Source of the DNA: Sporopachydermia quercuum
Lineage: Eukaryota
Assembly (NCBI GenBank): GCA_001599295.1
Contig: BCGN01000002.1
Location: 1,860,001 to 1,924,000 of the forward strand
Direction of reading: 5' to 3'
DNA length: 64,000 bases
Every line of letters begins with the position of its first letter. The stretch's first letter is position 1. The notes beneath the pieces were generated by a model. That model did no database searches. It had not been told where the DNA came from and saw nothing but the letters and a program-made list of their open reading frames with translations. The translations under genes and the position numbers were made by a program. Shown in pieces: positions 58,966 through 64,000 of the stretch.

Positions 58966-60921
58966 TTAAGGATGTTCAACATTGCTTCGAAATAATTCTA
59001 TTATCCTATAAATCGATCCTATGTAATGATCTTCAGCACATATCTTGTTTTTATCAATGAACGAACTAAACTCGATAGGATCTAGCTCTAATGCTTTATT
59101 CTTGTTNGAAGCGTTTGAGATTCTTAACACTTTTATAGGATTGGTTCGTTTAGGCATTCCGAATGAAAAAAGTGCCTTGAAGATGGTACTCGATATTGCT
59201 TCAACTGGATAAAAATGATAACTACCTCCCAGGAATGTGAAGCTTCCTATCTTTTCTTGGTAGCAGACATGCCCTAGTTGATGGGGATAATCTATGTCAC
59301 TGAAATCATAGTCAATCAGTTGGTAAGCAGCTGGCGAGAGAGATTGAATGGATAACTTGCGGTCTGAAGTAAGTATATTCTTCAATCGTGAAACAATTGA
59401 TTCACACATTTCGCTTCTGCTCGGAAGCTNTCGTATTCCACTGAAAATACCTGCTATTGCAATAGCTTGATATTCAAAGCCCATAAATACAAGATTAGGA
59501 AGAATTAATCCTGTGATGGCTATTGTAGGGTCAATTATGTAGAAAGTATCAAGAAATAAATTAGGAATGTACGAGAGTGATTGCTTAGGTATTTCTGGGA
59601 TTGTACCTCCAGTGTATTCATTACCATATAAGTTTCTAATGTGCTGATCTAGCTTTTCTGTCGATAAAGTAATGGGGTCAAATAGTGAGTTTTCAACAAA
59701 AGGCACCTTAAACTGATAGCCTGTAGCAAAGATAATGTTATCAAATGAGTCTAATCTGCTTTCCGAGCCATCAATAAACTGAATTAACCATTCCTTGCCA
59801 ACGGCTGCTTTGTTCTTTNTAAATTCTTGAATCAGTGGTTTGAATTTAATTTTCTTCTTGTAATGGGAATTAAGTGCGGCATCAATCCTTTGGTCCAACC
59901 AATATGACAAAAGAGGTCCAATCTCTTTATCTGAAATGGCCTCTGAACAAGATATTGTGAGAGATGAACAAACTGGAAGAAGATACTGCAGAATGTCAAT
60001 TGCACTTATATTACATCCGACAATCAAAATATTCTATTGTTCACATCGTTAGGGATTGATACTATTAGAAACATAATACAGTATTAAACATTATACTGGT
60101 GGTACTTTTGGAAATGCTTTCTTAAACTGTGACATACCTTTCCTTGGAACAAAGCAGCTTTCGTGAATGATTTTGAGTGCATGAATAAAGTATTATTTTC
60201 TTTCCACNCCTCCTTCAAACCCTCAATATTCTAAACCATGTTAATAAGATGGAGACATAGACATCAGAAGAATAATATGGAGAGTGAAGTAACTCACCGG
60301 TACGTAAGGGATGTTGCAGTTACCAATGCTTATAACTACATAATCAAATTCCTGTTTCTTCTCATTCCCACTTTTAACTGTCCCAACTATCCATTTGCTC
60401 TCAGAATTCTTGTATAGATGGGTAACAGTTGTATTCAATTGAATCAGAGGCCCCAGTTCTGCTTCTTGTACAAGTTGTTCTAAGTATTCAGTCACTTGAT
60501 CGTGATAAACAAAAGGATCAACGCTTTCTCTNACTTCCAAACCAATATTTGGCGTTGCTTCCGATGATGTGCACATTAATGTCCATAAAATGTTAGTGCT
60601 TTTAGCATAGAGAAAAAGCAATAGAAATGTGCTTCACTATATCTATGCAATACATACTTTAGGAATATTGGTATACATCCCTTCATATATTCCACAGGAC
60701 CAATAGATATCTGATTTCTTCTCGGTTGCCCATACATCCCCAAAATCAAATGACGGTTTTTGATTCCATAATCTATTCCATTGGCCCCCAATGCATGTTT
60801 GACGTTCAAACAATGTGATCTCTAATCCTGTTGACTTCAGTTCTTTCAAGGTAATGAGTCCAGAAGGTCCTCCCCCTATAATCGCTACAGACTTCTGCTT
60901 TTGACCCGAAGATTCACTCAT
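58966..60921 (-). CDS. Flavin-containing monooxygenase (FMO-like); exons 60921-60658, ~60582-60298, 60230-60138, 60033-58966; possibly defective
   Basis: IIGGGPSG, FER..IGGQW, YEGMYTN, HSKSF, ILIVG..ISAID, IIFATGY. Introns 2 and 3 have canonical GT-AG ends; the intron 1 acceptor reads TGG. Confidence 0.8.
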
Positions 60922-62196
60922 TTTCTATGAGAAGTGACCGTGCCATAACAGTTCTTGCTATCAGTTATTGGCTCTCGTAAATATCTATACTCTAGCTTAA
61001 GCATAGTGGGAGGTAATTATGGTGTGTGATACTAAGAGCAGCAAATAATTACCCAGTTTGCGAATTGTTGCAAACTATCTTCTTTTTGATGATTCTTGAA
61101 CTCTCTCAAATCATTAATACCCAATTTAACAGAACAGAAGAAAAAAGTCTCAATTCTTTCTTTCGAAGGTTTGATAATCTAATAGAATAAATATATGTAT
61201 GTATATCTCAAGCTATATGTAAAACTGTCAAACAGGTTAGCTGAAAGACTCTGCTACGTATTGTATACTGTACATATATCCACAAATGTTTGCTTATTTA
61301 TCTAGTTATTATTGTATATGCTACTTACTAACAATGCTCTTTCCAATTCAACACTACAAAACTTGAAATATTTGTAAGTCAGCTGCAACTCATTTGGCGA
61401 AAACTCACAAATTTAGGATACTATCTATATATTTAATTTTTATTGGGAACCATTGGTGGTGGTAGTCCATGTCATCAAATGTCATTTTTCTTAAGATTTC
61501 TAGATAGCTCAAGCGTAGCTCGAGTATAAATTGATTCTATTAAAGTTCATGACGCTAGCGTTTAGAAAAAAGTAATGCAAAAATATGCAGAGCATCATGA
61601 ACGTTAATCATCTTTCTTCCCTGCANATACAGTAAAATGAAGTGTAAGTATCTATTTGCTAGAATTGAAAAAAATATTTGCGAATCAAAAAGAANCTATG
61701 ATTACTTTTAAACCCCGAATGAAAATATTTGCTCATNAAAGATCGCTATTGAAACGATCATATCCTAAACAAGGCTTTCATTTCGTTATCCAGAAGGAGT
61801 ATATGGCTAATGGCGAAAGGCGGCTTCATCATCTCGGTTATCGATGGTACATTCCTCCCGCGGTAAACGTCTATAGCCGTCAGTAGCCTTACTGTACCAT
61901 ACATTACCGATGGGTTTCTAAACACGATAAAAGGGATCAACAAAATTCGGATAAAAATCTCGACAATTGGGGTTAAAAGCATCTAAAATAGTTGTTCATC
62001 TCATAGTATCTTGATTTATATATAGAATACAAGTACCACGCCTTTTAGAATCTTCAGACAGTCAATTTATTGCTTTTGTTGTAAACAGTTCCATAAATCT
62101 ATTGATAGGAAGGATCTGTATTGTAGTTTTACTAGTAAGCCAGAAGACTATTGGGATAACTTAGGATATTATCAAGCACCAAAAAAATAAATCAAT

Positions 62197-63975
62197 ATGA
62201 GTGAAGGTACAAGCTCCAGTAGGAGCTCATCGATATCAATAGGAACATCGAACGATCACCACTCGAGTGACGTTGAAAAGCAGTTCGACATGTACTCTAA
62301 ATCACTGTATAGCAGCAGTTCCAACAATGAAACCAAATCACAGATTGATATAGAAAGTATAGCCCCAGACGAATCAGTAAAGGATGTAGCTATGTCAGAA
62401 GGAGACTACTGTCCTAGGAATTATTCATTAATGGGTCGAGGAAGGCTAGGTAGTTTTTCTCGTAGTGATCGTTCATTATACATGAAGCCAGATGGTACTC
62501 AAATAAAAGTACCAAGAATTGGTGGTGGGAAACCCTTTCCAAATCATCCTGAAGATTCTTGGAAATATACTGTGGAGTTTGATGGAACTGAAGATCCAGC
62601 TTTCCCTCAGAACTGGTCAAGAGGCCAAAAAATATTCACAACTCTTTTACTAGTGTTGAATACTATAGTTGTGACATGGGGTTCTTCAGTGTATGCTCCT
62701 ACTATCACTGAAATATCAAAAAAGTTTGAAGTGAGCGAAACCGTTGCAACCTTAGGTCTTTCTCTTTATATCCTTGGGTTTGCTTCAGGTCCTTGTTTAT
62801 GGGGCCCAATGTCGGAAGTTTATGGTAGAAAGATGCCAATAGTTCTATGCACTTTTCTCTTTTCAATATTTCAATTTGCAACTGCTTCTGCTGAAAACAT
62901 TCAAACGTTGCTTATATGCAGATTCTTTGGAGGATTTTTTGGTGCATCACCGATAACTATAACTGGGGCTACCTTTTCTGATATGTACTCCATCAGAATT
63001 AGAGGTGCTGCTTTGGCGTGTTTTCTCTTTGGTGTATTCTTTGGTCCTTTACTATCACCAATTATTGGTGGAGTAATGGTTGAATATATTCCAAAATATG
63101 GCTGGAGATGGACCAATTATTCAACGGGTATAATGGGTTTGGTGATCACAGCGTTGCTTCAGTTATTTCAACAAGAATCATATGCCCCAGTCGTGTTATC
63201 TGAAAAGGCCAGAATTTTGCGAATTCTAACAGGCAATTGGGCTGTTCATTCTCAGATTGAAGAGGTAGAAATGGAATTCACAAGCTTGCTTATAAAGAAC
63301 ATCCAAAGACCAATAATGATGTTGATGAGAGAACCTATTCTGTTCTTTATATCAATGTACAATGCATTTCTATATGGATTGATGTACCTAATCTTAAAGG
63401 CGTATCCTATTATATTTATTCGTGGTTATGCAATGAGAACTTCTGTTGGTATGCTTCCATATCTAGGGTTGATATTGGGAACCTTTTTCGGTCTCATTGC
63501 TTGTTTACTGGGTGAACGACATTTCAATAACATGATGAAGAAGAATAACAATACAGCTAAGCCGGAAGCAAGAATACCAGTGATGATTCTTGGGGCCATA
63601 TCTCTTCCTATAGGATTATTCATCTTGGGATGGACAGGAAATAAACCTGATGTAATTTCACCATTCATCCCACTATTCTTTGGAGGAATTCCAATTGGAT
63701 TCTCCATGCTAACGATTTTCCCTATATCAAATAGCTATTGCATTGACATGTACTTAAAACACGCAGCATCCGCATTAGCAGTTTTGACATTCACAAGATC
63801 AGCATTTGGCGCTGCATTTCCTTTATTTGCCACAGCTATGTTCGATAATCTTGGAATTGGGTCTGCTGCTTCCATCCTAGGTGGAATAGCTGTATTAATG
63901 ATTCCCGTACCCTGTATCATACTGAAATACGGTGCTCAGATCCGCGCAAGGTCAAATTACAATTCTACTAATTAA
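62197..63975 (+). CDS. MFS drug:H+ antiporter DHA1 family (Tpo1/Flr1-like)
   Basis: P.NWS..K, LGLSLYILGFASGP..WGPMSEVYGRK, RFFGGFFG, GWRW, ESYAPV, PEARI. Confidence 0.9.
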   Translation: MSEGTSSSRSSSISIGTSNDHHSSDVEKQFDMYSKSLYSSSSNNETKSQIDIESIAPDESVKDVAMSEGDYCPRNYSLMGRGRLGSFSRSDRSLYMKPDGTQIKVPRIGGGKPFPNHPEDSWKYTVEFDGTEDPAFPQNWSRGQKIFTTLLLVLNTIVVTWGSSVYAPTITEISKKFEVSETVATLGLSLYILGFASGPCLWGPMSEVYGRKMPIVLCTFLFSIFQFATASAENIQTLLICRFFGGFFGASPITITGATFSDMYSIRIRGAALACFLFGVFFGPLLSPIIGGVMVEYIPKYGWRWTNYSTGIMGLVITALLQLFQQESYAPVVLSEKARILRILTGNWAVHSQIEEVEMEFTSLLIKNIQRPIMMLMREPILFFISMYNAFLYGLMYLILKAYPIIFIRGYAMRTSVGMLPYLGLILGTFFGLIACLLGERHFNNMMKKNNNTAKPEARIPVMILGAISLPIGLFILGWTGNKPDVISPFIPLFFGGIPIGFSMLTIFPISNSYCIDMYLKHAASALAVLTFTRSAFGAAFPLFATAMFDNLGIGSAASILGGIAVLMIPVPCIILKYGAQIRARSNYNSTN

Positions 63976-64000
63976 GCCAAACAGTATCCAGCAATTGAAA

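Noticed and set aside
5589..63920. Many short ORFs antisense to or overlapping real genes
   Set aside because: They are shadow frames of well-supported CDSs.
1..64000. Transposons, LTRs, CRISPR arrays, or an alternative CUG code
   Set aside because: No transposase/RT ORFs, long terminal repeats or repeat-spacer arrays were seen by eye. CTG encodes conserved Leu in SOL3 (DLVLLG) and PLB (VNLNST).

Overview
AT-rich eukaryotic DNA from a budding-yeast-like ascomycete. The evidence is short spliceosomal introns (GTATGT/GTAAGT...TACTAAC...YAG), a yeast-type intron-containing tRNA-Lys(UUU), a dispersed 5S rRNA copy, and CTG at conserved Leu positions, indicating the standard code. About 25 protein genes are recognisable. 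The first ~15.5 kb looks like an accessory catabolic cluster: a fungal-specific transcription factor (5' end outside the window), a single-domain glyoxalase, two SDRs, a Tda10/glycerate-kinase-like P-loop protein, a carboxylesterase, a vanillyl-alcohol-oxidase (VAO)-family flavoprotein and an Hpa2/3-like acetyltransferase. This is the best candidate for an undescribed system, possibly for lignin-derived phenol catabolism. The rest is mostly housekeeping: SOL3, SPP2, SHE9, a cyclophilin, a Zn2Cys6 TF, ZNG1, ALG12, a ChAP, an MFS, YND1, MPM1-like, CLD1, FAA, PLB, an orphan gene, an FMO and a DHA1 MFS. Oddities include a degenerate 5S gene, an 813-nt intron in ZNG1, an FMO intron lacking an AG acceptor, and a repeated gapped palindrome. 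All family calls are from motif recognition and memory; no database searches were run.
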